In this document: positions 26,296 to 38,290 of the stretch, piece after piece | Position numbering within the stretch: position 1 is the stretch's first letter | Layout: each line of letters opens with the position of its first letter | Source of the DNA: Eledone cirrhosa | Taxonomy: Eukaryota | NCBI GenBank assembly: GCA_964016885.1 | Contig: OZ024749.1 | Span: forward strand, 27,528,001-27,592,000 | DNA: 64,000 bases | Direction: 5' to 3' | Made by a program: the position numbers and the translations under genes | The notes under the pieces: model-generated | What the model was told of the DNA's origin: nothing | Seen by the model: the letters and a program-made list of their open reading frames with translations, nothing else | Databases searched by the model: none

Positions 26296-26622
26296 TTTTT
26301 TTTTTCTTCTCGTGCAATGGCCATACTCGATAACGAGGGGGCAGCCATCATCTATGTATGTATGTATGTATGTATGTACGTATGTATGTATGTATGTACG
26401 TATGTATATAGATAAACAGGTGGATATACAGACAGGTAGATAAGTGGGTATGTAGTTAGTTAGGTAAAATATATAGGTAGGTGGGTAGGTAGATAGGCGG
26501 GTAGATAGGTAGATAGATAAGTAGGTAGGTAAGTAAGTAGATATAAAGATAGGTAGGTAGGTAGCTAGGTAGGCAGGTAGATAGATAAATAGGTAGATTG
26601 ATAGGTAGGTAGATAGATAGGT
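26000..26622. repeat. Microsatellite cluster (TATG)n, (TAT)n, (TAGG/TAGA)n
   Basis: Seen directly. Confidence 0.9.
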
Positions 26623-26867
26623 CAGTTAATGTTACAGAGAATGAAGTGAATAAATTTATCTAAAGTCAATAAAGTAGACATTCCTGTGTTATGGAGGAGT
26701 GTTTAATGGTGTAACCAGTGTTTGTTCAATTATGAAGAAAAGTAGCCGGACACAGAGAAACCAGCCATTAACTGATGATGATCATGATGATGATGATGTT
26801 GTTGGTATATACTCATACACTCACACATACACACATACATAGGCACTCATGCACACACTGATGAGAT

Positions 26868-27213
26868 ATCATCATCATCATCATCATCATTTTACGTCCG
26901 CTTTTTCCCTGCTTGCAAGGGTGGGACGGGAACTGATTCTGGCTTGATTTCTACAGCTGGATGCCCTTCCTAACACCAACCTCATTTACAGTGAGTGCTG
27001 GGTGCTTTTTTGTCATGGCACCTCCACGACCACTTTGCAGTGGAATGATATGGACCCCAGTCCTATCATCTCATTTCTACAGCTGAGTAAACTGGAGCAA
27101 TGTGAAATAAAGTGTCTTGCTCAAGGACACAACACATCACCCGGTCTGAGAATTGAACTCACAACCTTTTGATTGTAAGGCCAATGCTCTAACCACTAAG
27201 CCATGTGCCTCCA
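26868..27213 (-). mobile_element. tRNA-derived SINE family B with RTE-derived 3' tail (copies at 55765-56091-, 46924-47078+ truncated)
   Basis: Head GGAGGCACATGGCTTAGTGGTTAGAGC...GTGAGTTCAATTCTC, core CCTTGAGCAAGACACTTT, tail CCCTTGCAAGCAGGGAAAAAGCGGACGTAAAA(TGA)n shared with RTE ends at 5752-5812 and 45440-45490. Confidence 0.85.
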
Positions 27214-28378
27214 ATATATATATATATATATATACACTTACACACACACATACAAAAACATGCACACATGTGGTGGTGTTGATTATGATCGTGAGGATTA
27301 TACATATATACTCACACACAAAGACACGCATACAAAACACATACACAAATACATACACACATACTTATGCACACACAGTTTATTTCTCTCCACCCCATGG
27401 GAAATAATAACGTTAGGGAGACAATAGTATGCAAAGGGAAGCCACATACATCCATGCACATGCATGTCTCTTGGCAAGCTTGCTGAATGCTTAAGTCATT
27501 GTCAGGCAGCCCAGGATATGACGGGCTGTCCTACTTACTTGTCACATTTACATATTGCATAAATATGTAAGTTGGTAGTTAGGTAGGTAGATTGGTATGT
27601 TAGTAATTTGGTAGGTAGATAGGTATATAAGTTGGTAGGTTGGTAAGGTAGGCTGATAGATAGGTTGGTATGTTGGTAAGTTAGTATGTAGGTAGGTTGG
27701 TGGGTAGGTAAGTAGTACTGGTACTTTATTTTATTGACTCTGTAAGCGAACCTCAGTGGGATTTGAACTCAGAATGTGAAGGGACATAACTCTACACTGC
27801 AAAGTATGTTGTCCAACGCTCTACTGATTCTGCCAATCCACCGTTCTTGCCTATCAATAACAATAAAAAACAATAATGGTTAATTAATTGGAAAAAAAAG
27901 TCAATACCATTTAATCAGCAAATTGGCTGATATTGATTAAGGATAAAGATCCCATGACTCCTTGTGGAGTCGTAGAGGCACCATCAAACGATGTGTCTAG
28001 GGCACTGTTAAACCTGGCGGAGCCCAACCCTCTCCAGGTCTGAACACAGATGATTTTTTTCTATAGAGGAAGAATTGACCCAAGTACTGCACTGGTACTT
28101 TATTTTATCGACGTCGAAAGGATGAAAGGCAAAGTTGTCCATGGCGGTATTTGAACTCAGAGCTCATAATCAGGTGGGACGAATATAATAAAGCATTCTA
28201 TCTGATGCCTTATTGATTATCTGCCGATTAATCAGTGCAGTCTTAGTACATTAAGTCATACTTAATTACTAATGACAGCTGTGGTTATCCTTATCATTAC
28301 AAGACTTGTTCAAAATACATGGATAAATATATTGTTGATTTGCTGCTTCTGTCTCAGGTTGTTGTCATTTGCCTGATT

Positions 28379-28556
28379 GAGATCAGTGATCAGAGATCAG
28401 AGATCAGTGATCAGATATTCAGTGATCAGAGATCAATGAACAGTGACCAGAGATTAGAGATCAGAGATCAGTGATCAGTGATCAGAGATCAGAGATCAGT
28501 GATTAGTGATAAGTCATCAGTGGTCAGTTATCAGAGATCCATGCTCAGTGATCAGT
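28379..28556. repeat. Heptamer satellite (GATCAGW)n
   Basis: About 25 degenerate GATCAGA/GATCAGT units. Confidence 0.9.
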
Positions 28557-30256
28557 TTCCAAAGCACACCATGAGGCGGTCAACAAATAAAATATGGACT
28601 TCACACACCCTAATCTCATTACTGTGAGCTGGTTACAATGCCAGGTGGACATCACATAATAGCAGCTGTCTGATATGCAAAAAGAAGAAGAATTATCATG
28701 ATGATGATCATCATCATTGTTGTTTGACTGTAGTAGCAGACAGTATCAATCATCCTCCACCCCCTACAGCTTTCATAATCAATTGTGGTCCATGGTAGAA
28801 GGATTAGCCATCAGCAATATATGAAAGTCTGGATGGAATTTGAACTGAGAAAATCAAACTGCTTGAACAGTAACCACAAGGTATCTTGTCCAACGGTTTA
28901 ACATTCACATCAATCCTCCTCCATTTTGTAGACTTCGAAGGGATGGAAGGCACAGCTAACCTCAGTAGGATTTGAATTCAGAAAGCAAAGTATTGTAACA
29001 AACACCACAAGCTATTTTATCTGATATTTTAACAATTCTACCAATTCACTGCTGTGAGTTGGCACATAGTTTTAGCAACCCCCCAAAAAAGGGATGGACC
29101 TCAGCCAGAACTGAACTCAGAAGATTGAGATCCAGAAAGAAATACCACAATATTCTGTCCAATGTTGTAATGGCTCTGCTAATTTACTACATTGATGGAC
29201 ATAGCGATTGTTGATTGATTGCAACTGGTGTGTCCTGATAAGCTCTGCAGGTATACAAAATGGGATGGTTGTACAATAGGAACAAAAGAATGACTTGATA
29301 ACATGTTGAGAAATCAAACAAGATCACAGATCAATAGCCAATATTCAAAGCCTTACAAACTGTAGCTGTCATAAACAAACAGCCTCTAAAGTTGAGTAAT
29401 GTAATTAAATAATTAATAAATGCCTAATTAATCTGTGATAAAAGTTATGAAAAATGATAGGAACAATATGTTTTTATTTTATTTTTTCATTCTGCTATCT
29501 GTTATATAAATACCAATCAAAATATTAACACCGCACCTTATTTAACATACAATCTGTAAATATATAGAACAGAACAAACACAGTAACATGAAAAGATGAG
29601 AGCAAAATAGATTAATATGTAAATGTTTACATGAAGCTCAATAATTAATCAATATTTTTTTAATAATTGTTAACACTTCCAGTGATACAACATTCAATTT
29701 TATGGGCGGAGGGGTGAAAGGGGCAAAATTAAAAGCTGACAAGCATACAGTCAAACTGATAGACAGACATAAGTTCACTTTTATATCATCCTTTAAGGGG
29801 ACAGTTTATTTTGGAGAAACCTGATTCAAGAAGAATGCATATTGCATCTGGAAGTTATTTCAAACTTATTGATATTTCTATAATCTTCATATATATAAAA
29901 GTGGGAGGCCACCTTTGCCTTTCATCCTTTCAAGGTCGGTAAAAAGTATCAATTTAGTACTGGGGTCGACTCTTCCTCTCTATCTCTTTCTCATTTCCAT
30001 TCTCTCACTCACTATCTTTCTCTGGAAGAAATCTGCTATATACAGGCCTGGAGAGGTGATGGGCTCCACTAGGCTTTAAAATGCCCAAGAAACGCTGTAT
30101 GTCAGTACAGTGCCCCAATGACTCCATCAGGAATTACAGGACAATGATGAGGATGATATAAAAGTGAACTTATGTCTGTCTGTCAGTTTGACTGTATGAT
30201 TGTCAGTCTGTTTATCTGTTTGTCTGTCTCTATATAATTATGTATGTATGTAGGTA

Positions 30257-30454
30257 TAAGGGTCAGCTGAAAAGTTCATAGGCTGACCAAGATACTCTCA
30301 TGGAATGACCAAATGAGGTTTATTTTTCAGCCTAGTCCCTGGAAAGAAACAATGCAGTTATTAATGAGAAGAGTTGAAATTAATGCATGCAAAATTTTAC
30401 AGCTCTAGCATCACTTCTTCATAGTCAGCCTATGAATTTTTCAATCTACCCTTG
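30257..30454. mobile_element. mariner-type MITE (second copy at about 7436-7628)
   Basis: AAGGGTCAGCTGAAAAGTTCATAGGCTGAC / GTCAGCCTATGAATTTTTCAATCTACCCTT inverted ends flanked by TA; two homologous copies in the window. Confidence 0.75.
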
Positions 30455-30469
30455 TATAATAATAATAAA

Positions 30470-30700
30470 AATAATAATGAAATTATTGTGTACAGTGCTC
30501 AGGTGCACTACAACTCATCAAAGGTGCATGTATAGTACATAGAATAATGTACAAATGTCAAGAAAATGAACAGTGTACGAGTCATGGTATACATGTGTGT
30601 GTGTGTATGGAGTGGGGGGGGGGGACATCAGGTGTAGTGTTGGCGAATCTCAGGAAGCATGGAAGTTTTAAAGGATGCAGTGTCTCGACAGCTAACAACT
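30470..30700 (-). mobile_element. CR1 3'-end fragment (further copies at about 20635-20680, 46455-46720, 59990-60200, 61000-61145)
   Basis: Shares gttgtagtgcacctgagcactgtacacaataatttc(att)n with the 3' end of the 49290-51222 copy. Confidence 0.75.
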
Positions 30701-31268
30701 GTATGTGTGTATATATGTACATCCGAAAGTATGTATGTACAAAGGGCAGAAGAACTCATAAGAGTCAAAAATGTGTAAATATGTATATACACATGTACAT
30801 ATGTATGTGTATGTATATGCACGGGGACATAAAAATAGTTGGGCTGAATACCCGATCACACGGTTAAACCACTGGGAGTGAAGGACCCCTAGCCTTTGTC
30901 AAGGCACTCTTCTAGGAAAAGGCAACTCAGGAAACTGGGATAACTCCAACATAAAACCTGCGGCTCAGTAGTTACCGATGATGTTGATCTTTCAAGTGGT
31001 CGTAGAGGTGCCACGGCAAAAAAGCACCCAGCACTCACTGTAAATGAGGTTGGTGTTAGGGAGGGCATCCAGCTGTAGAAATTAAGCCAGAATCAGTTCC
31101 CATCCCACTCTTGCAAGCAGGGAAAAACGGATGTAAAATGAAATGATATATATATAAAAATAAATGAATAAAACTATCAATTGCCTGCACCTTAATGTGA
31201 ATAGATCTCATATTATCCATGAATATCATATATATATATCCATACACATACAGACACTCATTCACAGC

Positions 31269-31337
<69 letters not shown>

Positions 31338-31340
<3 letters not shown>

Positions 31341-31421
31341 TTTTAATATAAAGGGATTCCTGATGATTTCTAATGAATGAAACAGTTCTAGTCCTGTAGA
31401 ATCTCATCTATATTAAAACTT
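31338..31421 (+). ncRNA. Type I hammerhead ribozyme motif
   Basis: GGGATTC-CTGATGA-TTTC TAAT GAAT-GAAACAG TTCTAGTC CTGTA-GAATCTC. Conserved core, stem III ACAG/CTGT, GUA cleavage triplet (31396-31398), stem I of 7 bp extended by a perfect 13-bp helix AAGTTTTAATATA/TATATTAAAACTT. The stem II closing pair is a U-U mismatch. Confidence 0.75.
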
Positions 31422-31486
31422 TTATACTCTGCTATGTATTGAGTACCTTACTTACTGTGGTTACCTCCGATTCAACCCGGAATAAC

Positions 31487-31559
<73 letters not shown>

Positions 31560-31560
31560 T

Positions 31561-31867
31561 CCCCACCCATCCACACCACCCCGTTCTATGTAAAGTTATG
31601 TTGGTGCCGCGCCATCGAGGCCGAAACAAATGAGATCGTGTAGGTGTCACGACAAAAAAACACACAGTCCACGCTGTAATGTGGCCGTGTAGGCAACACG
31701 GTAAAAACCTCCCAGACCCACACTGTAAATGTGGTTGGTGTTAGGAAGGGCATCCAACTGTAGAAAACCTGCCAGACAGTCCTATGCGAGCAAGACAATC
31801 ACTCTTGCCTCAAGTGGGACTACCCCCGTCCAAACCCATGCAAGCGTGGAACACGGACGTTAAACGT

Positions 31868-31897
<30 letters not shown>
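31561..31897 (+). mobile_element. RTE 3' UTR fragment with (GAT)n tail
   Basis: Near-identical to 59330-59640. Confidence 0.75.
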
Positions 31898-31898
<1 letters not shown>

Positions 31899-32372
31899 AT
31901 ATATAGTTTTTGTATTCGTTTTGCAAAATTTCTTATCTGAATAAATTAATTATTTTGTGTCCATCCTTTATTCTGACAGAAAAAAGGAGTGACACAAAAT
32001 AACAAATTAATCACTGGGTAAATCACAGAATGTTTAACAAAAAAGCTTTGATGATAAATAAATAACCTTCCTATTATAAACCTACTCATCAGAACTTTGT
32101 AATAAATTGAAGTGAAAAATCAACTGGTGCATGTGTTTTTACTGACAGCATGACCCTCCCAAAGTATAACAATATATGTAAATATGGTTGGTGTTAGGAA
32201 GGGCATCCAGCTATAAAATACCTGGCCAAATTTACACTCCTCATTAGAGCAAGGTACAGTGTGGCCAACTCTGACCAGACTTGTATCCCAACGTGGATGA
32301 CTCATCTAACCCATGCAAGCTTGGGAAATGGACTCTAAATGGTGATGTTGATGATGATGATGATGATATATA

Positions 32373-32468
32373 CAGGGTGTCCCAAAAAATTTGACATCAT
32401 TGAGCTAGACTTAGTAGTTTTCCAGATATTTGCTTTTAAAATGATGTCAAATTTTTTGGGACACCCTG
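32373..32468. mobile_element. 96-bp Tc1/mariner-type MITE
   Basis: TA|CAGGGTGTCCCAAAAAATTTGACATCATT...AATGATGTCAAATTTTTTGGGACACCCTG|TA, with perfect 29-bp TIRs. Confidence 0.9.
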
Positions 32469-34189
32469 TATATATATATATCCCAGCATGGCCTCAGCCG
32501 GATGACTGGAACGGGTAAAAGAGTAAAAGAGTATATATATATATATACCATGAATATATATATATATAGTGAAGGCGTGTATATACCATGAATATATATA
32601 TATATATATAGTGAAGGCGTGTGGCTGAGTGGTTAGAGAATTGGATTCACAATTGTAAGGTTGTGAGTTCGATTCCTGGACCAGGCGATGCGTTATGTCC
32701 TTGGGCAAGACACTTTATTTCACGTTGCTCCTTCTACCTGGAGTTGCGACCGATAGATAGTATTAGCAATTGGAAAGACCAACGGAAACATTGTTCCCTC
32801 GGTCCGATTTGACGAAAGTCGATCGTTCCTTTATATATATATATATATATATACCCACATGTGTTTATAAAAAGATGTCCAAAAGGTTATATATATATCC
32901 AGCCAGTGAAGCATATTACACACACACGCATGCTAAATTAACTCAGCTCATTCATCATTGATAAATATTTAACTATGCTTAATTACACCACAAACGAGTT
33001 GGCACATGATCTCAAGTGTTGCGAAATTAAGAAGGGAAGCCTTACTACACTCAAACCCAAAGACAAGGAGGGGAGTAGGGTAAAAAGAGAAAAAAAAAGC
33101 ACATCATAAATAATTAGTGATTTCTAATTTATGCACAAGGCCAGCAATTTTAGGGGAAGAGTAAAGTTGATTATAATGACTCCAGTGTTTGACTGGTACT
33201 ATGTTTTATCAACCCTGGAAGGATGAAAGGCAAAGTTGAAATCAGAATATAATTGTTTCTACTTTAGGCACAAGGCCAGCAATTACCCAGTACATAAGGA
33301 TGAAAGGCAAAGTTAACCTCGAAATCAGAATATAATGAGCAGTCACTCATCATCATAATCATCATCATCCAGTTTTTGATTATGTAGGATACAATTAATC
33401 CCTAAGTAGGGCTGGGTCCTGCCTGACAGCATCCCTTAGTGTCCCACTCCATGTGTTTCTGTCCACCGGTCTCACTTGGGCCAGGCCAAGACTTGCTTGA
33501 TCCTGACCGACATCCTCCATCCAAGTCCTTTTTGGTCTTACTAAGCCTTTACTGTCTCCTGGATCAACATTCATCACTTTGCTGATCCAGCCCTCACTGT
33601 GCTCGACATGGCCAATCCATCACCCTACCAATTCTGCCAATCCATCACCCTTTCATCATCATCATCATAGTTATCGTTTTTATGTCCGTTTTACCATGCT
33701 TGCATGGATTGGACGGGTCTTTCTCAGCATCCCCCCACTCTCCACGTTCCTTTGTCATCTTCTTTGTAAGTTTCAGCGATTTGAACTCTGGCACTTTTTC
33801 ACCACTCTCATCATGAATAGTTAATAAGAATTGCCAATAAAATTTATTAGCCTGAAAATCTTGCTACATTTTCAGCTCAAGAGAAAATATATGTTTATAA
33901 CAACACTTCACTACAGATCTGTATGAACAAAACCTGTTCAACTGACCTGACTTGTTTCATAACATGACAACCCATCTAACTCATGCAAGCGTGGAAATAT
34001 GGACATTAAGTGATGATGGTGATAATGATGGTGATGGTGATGGTGATGATGATGACTTTTCTGTTTTTAGATATTGGCTAATCTCCAGATAGTTTAACTA
34101 ACACCAACCATCTTGCTAAGTTGATTTTAGAGATATTTTTAGATTGTTCAGAAATTTAATGCTGGTTTTTAAACATTAATTTTAAAATA

Positions 34190-34380
34190 ACTAAAATTTA
34201 TTGATTGGAATAAAAATCATAAGAGTCTTCATATTTTTGTCAACAAGATACAGGTTTAGTTATTCCAGTAACATAGAATTCTGAAATTCTGGATGTGATG
34301 AATTCTTTGAAGGCATTTTTTTGTGGCTCTTTAGTTGTGGAAGACTTTTCCTTCCAAAAAGTTGTTGAAATGCTTTTGTC
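34190..34380 (-). pseudogene. mariner transposase C-terminal relic
   Basis: KNAFKEFITSRISEFYVTGITKPVSC resembles the mariner (Hsmar1-type) C-terminus NAFQEFVESRSTDFYATGINKL. Confidence 0.65.
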
Positions 34381-34479
34381 CATAAAATCTGTCCATAAAA
34401 TCTGTCTAGCAATTCTAACCAGATCTGTAATATCAGAGCTGTCCAGCAATTCTAACCACATACCTGTAATATCAATTTA

Positions 34480-34740
34480 GAGAAATAGCAGCTCTATCTG
34501 AAGTGGCTCTCTGATCTCTGAGCTTTGCACTCTATCGAGTGACGTTACTCTAAAGACCCTTCAGAGTAATACTATTTCAGCTGCTTATACTCGTGATTGT
34601 ATTCTTTCGGTCGTTACCCAAGATTCATGAACATGGGTAAAGGTTGGCACGAATACTTAATTGAAGATAGTGAGTATGGCTTTTACACCTACTTCCCTTC
34701 TTCTGATTACTGAATGTTGAAGCTGGTGCATTACTGTTGA
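34480..34740 (-). mobile_element. Degraded RTE-type C-terminal fragment
   Basis: Minus-strand translation resembles VPTxTxxHESW..TER...AAE...D.V.SSEIRE.L.IE. Confidence 0.5.
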
Positions 34741-34746
34741 ATGCCG

Positions 34747-34932
34747 CGGTGGATTGGCAGTATCGGTAGAGGGTCGGACGCCATGCTTTCCAGCATAGTT
34801 ACGTCCCTTTACGATCTGAGTTCAAATCCCGCCGAGGTTGACTTTGCCTTTCATCCTTACGGGGTCGATAAAATAAAGTACCAGTAATGCACTGGGTAAT
34901 TGCTGGCCTTGTGCCTAAAGTAGAAACAATTA
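34747..34932 (+). mobile_element. tRNA-derived SINE family A, about 185 bp (further copies at about 803-980-, 5172-5372+, 8880-9080-, 12090-12295-, 20681-20783+, 20792-20972-, 37103-37232-, 61945-62160+, 62292-62497-)
   Basis: A-box-like TGGCAGTATCGG, B-box GAGTTCAAATCC, conserved core TTTGCCTTTCATCCTTACGGGGTCGATAAAATAAAGTACCAG; more than 10 dispersed copies. Confidence 0.88.
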
Positions 34933-35315
34933 TCATAATAAACTTTCACTTTTGGGACGAAGACATAGAGTGGAGGTATTCTAAACTGTAGATACATCCA
35001 ATTAAGTGTATTTTATTTAAATAAAACTTGAAAAGCATCAAACAGAATACTCTACATCATCCTCCCACACATTAGCCATACCATCCGTATCAGGTGTCTT
35101 CAGCTTGTAGGTTATGTCATGAGAGGAAATGAACCTAAAAACTTTTACTATGAGAGCATGTTAATATGATATGCAAATGAGGAAGATAACTCCAGACATT
35201 CAAAAGAGTTATCAAAGAAGATACAGTATTATGTGGTGAAGAATTGAGGCAGTAAATCTTGGATTGTGTGAGATGATAAGGTTTTATCATGTCCACCACA
35301 GAGAAGTGGATGAAT

Positions 35316-35355
<40 letters not shown>

Positions 35356-37517
35356 CAGCAACAGCAGCAGTAACAGTAGTAGTAGTAGTAGAGCTTTCTT
35401 GATAAGAAACTTCCTTCATTAATTTCCAATAATTCTTCTAGGGACCCAAATAGTTCATGAGTACCTTTATTGGTCTGCAGGATCAGTGTTGATCTGGGAT
35501 TAAACTGTAGAATGACAAAATGGCGCACCTAGTGTTGAATTGATGGGTTTTTTGTTGATTTTTTCTCTCGCTTTGATTATATATTTTTGTATATTATATT
35601 TATAAGGTTCCTAGCAATAATTAACTGTTTATATTATTAGTGTTTATATTTTCATTCTGTAAGAATTATAAACAATTTGTAATGTTATTTATACAACTGT
35701 GAATAATTAAATGGTTTTAACTCAATTAAGTCTATCTTATTTAAACAAGGCTTAAATAACGAAAAGTTCCTTTGATTACCTCTCCTTAATTCTTCTAGAG
35801 AACCGAATAGTACATGAGTAACTCTATATAGAGACCCCTACAGGATCAGTGTACCACCTGGAGCAGCCCTTCAGTTTGCAGCCCCCGGGACCCATAAATA
35901 CATACTGCTATTAATATATATATATATATATAAACTTGTAGTTCCTGTCCGTTTGTTTGTTTGTTCACGAACTCCGCCTATGGTTTTGGAGATAGACCCC
36001 CATAACCATATATATTTTGAAACTACATTGCCCAGGGTACTTGGATAAGTATATTTCATTTTAATCAAAGGGTTCCCCGAGGGCACAAACCCGGGGGAAT
36101 CCTTTGATTAAAATGATGCCTATTCACAAAATTTCAATAATATTAAAACATTCCAATAGGGGTTAAACTCCCTATATTGAAAATGTTGGCCAATAAATGG
36201 AACAAGATGTGTTGTAACAAGAATATATATAAAGTTGTAGTTCCTGTCTGTTTGCTTGTTCACGAACTCCTCCTATGGTTTTGGAGATAGACCCCCAAAA
36301 CAATATATATTCTGAAACTACATTGCCCAGTAACCTAATTAATAAATGTTACATAAAAATCATCCTTTTTTCGTTTATTAAAACATATTTATTTACATGT
36401 ATATATATATATACTTTTATTCACAGTTGTATAAATAACATTACAAATCGTTTGCAATTCCTTCAGAGTGAGTGAAAATATAAACAGAGCATATAAATAA
36501 ATTTACAGTAGAATAACATAACAAATATGTTTTAAATGTATACATAAATAACATTACAAATGCTTAGACAACATTATAAAGGATGATACAATGAAATATA
36601 TATTCTTTTAATGTTACAATATTAAAGAAAATGTAAAGGAAGGGATGAACAACGGAGCCAACACCAGAGCAAAAGACAGCAACGAGGAGTACTGGGCAAC
36701 CTCTCTAATGATTTTCGAGGCAAGCCAGCACACTCGCAGCGTTGCCTCAGGTGATGGCGAGGCTGATGCGCCAAGCACCCTCGCGAGATTCGCTAGTCAC
36801 CTCTATTAGGCGAGCCGCCAGTGAGGAAAGGAACCCACATTAGAAATAATCGTTACTACGAAAACTTTTTTAAAGCGTGTGAGTAAAAATGAGATGTGAC
36901 ATTCATTCTTTTCCTGGGCTGAATTTATTAGGAGCCGGGCCGAGAAATCGTCTCCAAACCAACTTTATGCCACGTTACTAACAATGCCATATCACAAGAC
37001 ACGCACGTCACAATTACAATCATACAATAGAATGATAATAATGATGTAGGTAAGGGGAGGAGGTGGGACACATAATAATAATTAAAATTATTACAACTAA
37101 TAATTGTTTCTACTTTAGGCACAAGGCCAGCAAATATCCAGTGCATTACTTCTACTTTATTTTATCGACCCCGTAAGGATGAAAGGCAAAGTCAACCTCG
37201 GCGGGATTTGAACTCAGATCGTAAAGGGACGTACCTAATAATGATTTCTTTTTTTTTAAAATAAATAAATAATAATTTCATCTACGTTTTCATTATCTTA
37301 TGAACACGGCCACATGTGTATATAAATTTATATATATTACTTATCTATGCATGTACATATTTACATATATATATATATATATATACATACTTTTTGTATG
37401 TTCCATACATGTGTTTATATGTACATTCTATATACATATGTGTATATATGTGTGCGTGAGTGTTTATATATTTACATGTGTATATGTGTGTATGTATTAA
37501 AACACAGGAAAGAAGAT

Positions 37518-37707
37518 ATGGCGTGCTTTCCGCTTGCCAGTCGGCTTTGCCGTCGACTATGGCGGTTTGAATATGTATATTTATTGACTTTTCTCTTGAT
37601 AATTTCATTAAAAGTCTCGGCCAATACCACGACGGACCAGTCAAAGAAACTTGTGAAGACTTTCGTCTGGGATGAACGTGGATATTTAATTTATTGTCCC
37701 TGCATGG
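37518..37707 (+). CDS. POFUT1: GDP-fucose protein O-fucosyltransferase 1, first identified coding exon (signal peptide...WDERGYLIYCPCMG)
   Basis: ATG followed by a hydrophobic segment (YVYLLTFLLIISL) and the WDxxGYLxYCPCMG signature; donor G|gtaagt, phase 1. The exact start codon is uncertain. Confidence 0.9.
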
Positions 37708-38213
37708 GTAAGTGTGTGTGTATGGATTAGTTGCGTGTATATAATAATAGCCAACACCTTAACTTCAATGATAAATTGATAGCTATCTTTATAGTTTATT
37801 TATATATCTGTTTCTGTCATTAAGCTTTACTTAGCAACAAGTGATTATTTGTTTTTTTGGAAGTTTTCTCGACAATCGAAGAAGACGAACCAAGTACCTT
37901 GTAGCATATACTCACACACATATATATATATATATACACGCACTCACACATACATATATAAAGTTATATCTGTGTATATACAGAGTGGGTAACCGAGACT
38001 GCGCCAGTATGTATATAAAAATAAAATATATGTAGACTTGTAAATATGCCAGGAAATGCGAATTTTCTTGTAAATTGAAAAAATTTACGAGGAAATTCGT
38101 ATTTTCTAGCATTTTTACATGTCCACATATTAAAAATGTATATACACTTATACACAGCGCTGTCTTGATTTCCCACGATCGTACACATCGGCTGCTTAGT
38201 GTGCTTCTTTACA

Positions 38214-38290
38214 GAGGGTGTCTCAAAAATATATACACACTGAGATTAGAATGGTGTTGAAGTTTGTATACATCTTTTTGGGACACCCTG
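38214..38290. mobile_element. Degenerate Tc1-type mini-MITE
   Basis: AGGGTGTCTCAAAAA...TTTTTGGGACACCCTG, the same terminal motif as 32373-32468. Confidence 0.65.

Noticed and set aside
35135-35528. Minus-strand ORF pieces as a possible extra exon or gene
   Set aside because: No recognisable motif, interrupted by (TAC)n and stops, and no consistent splice partners.
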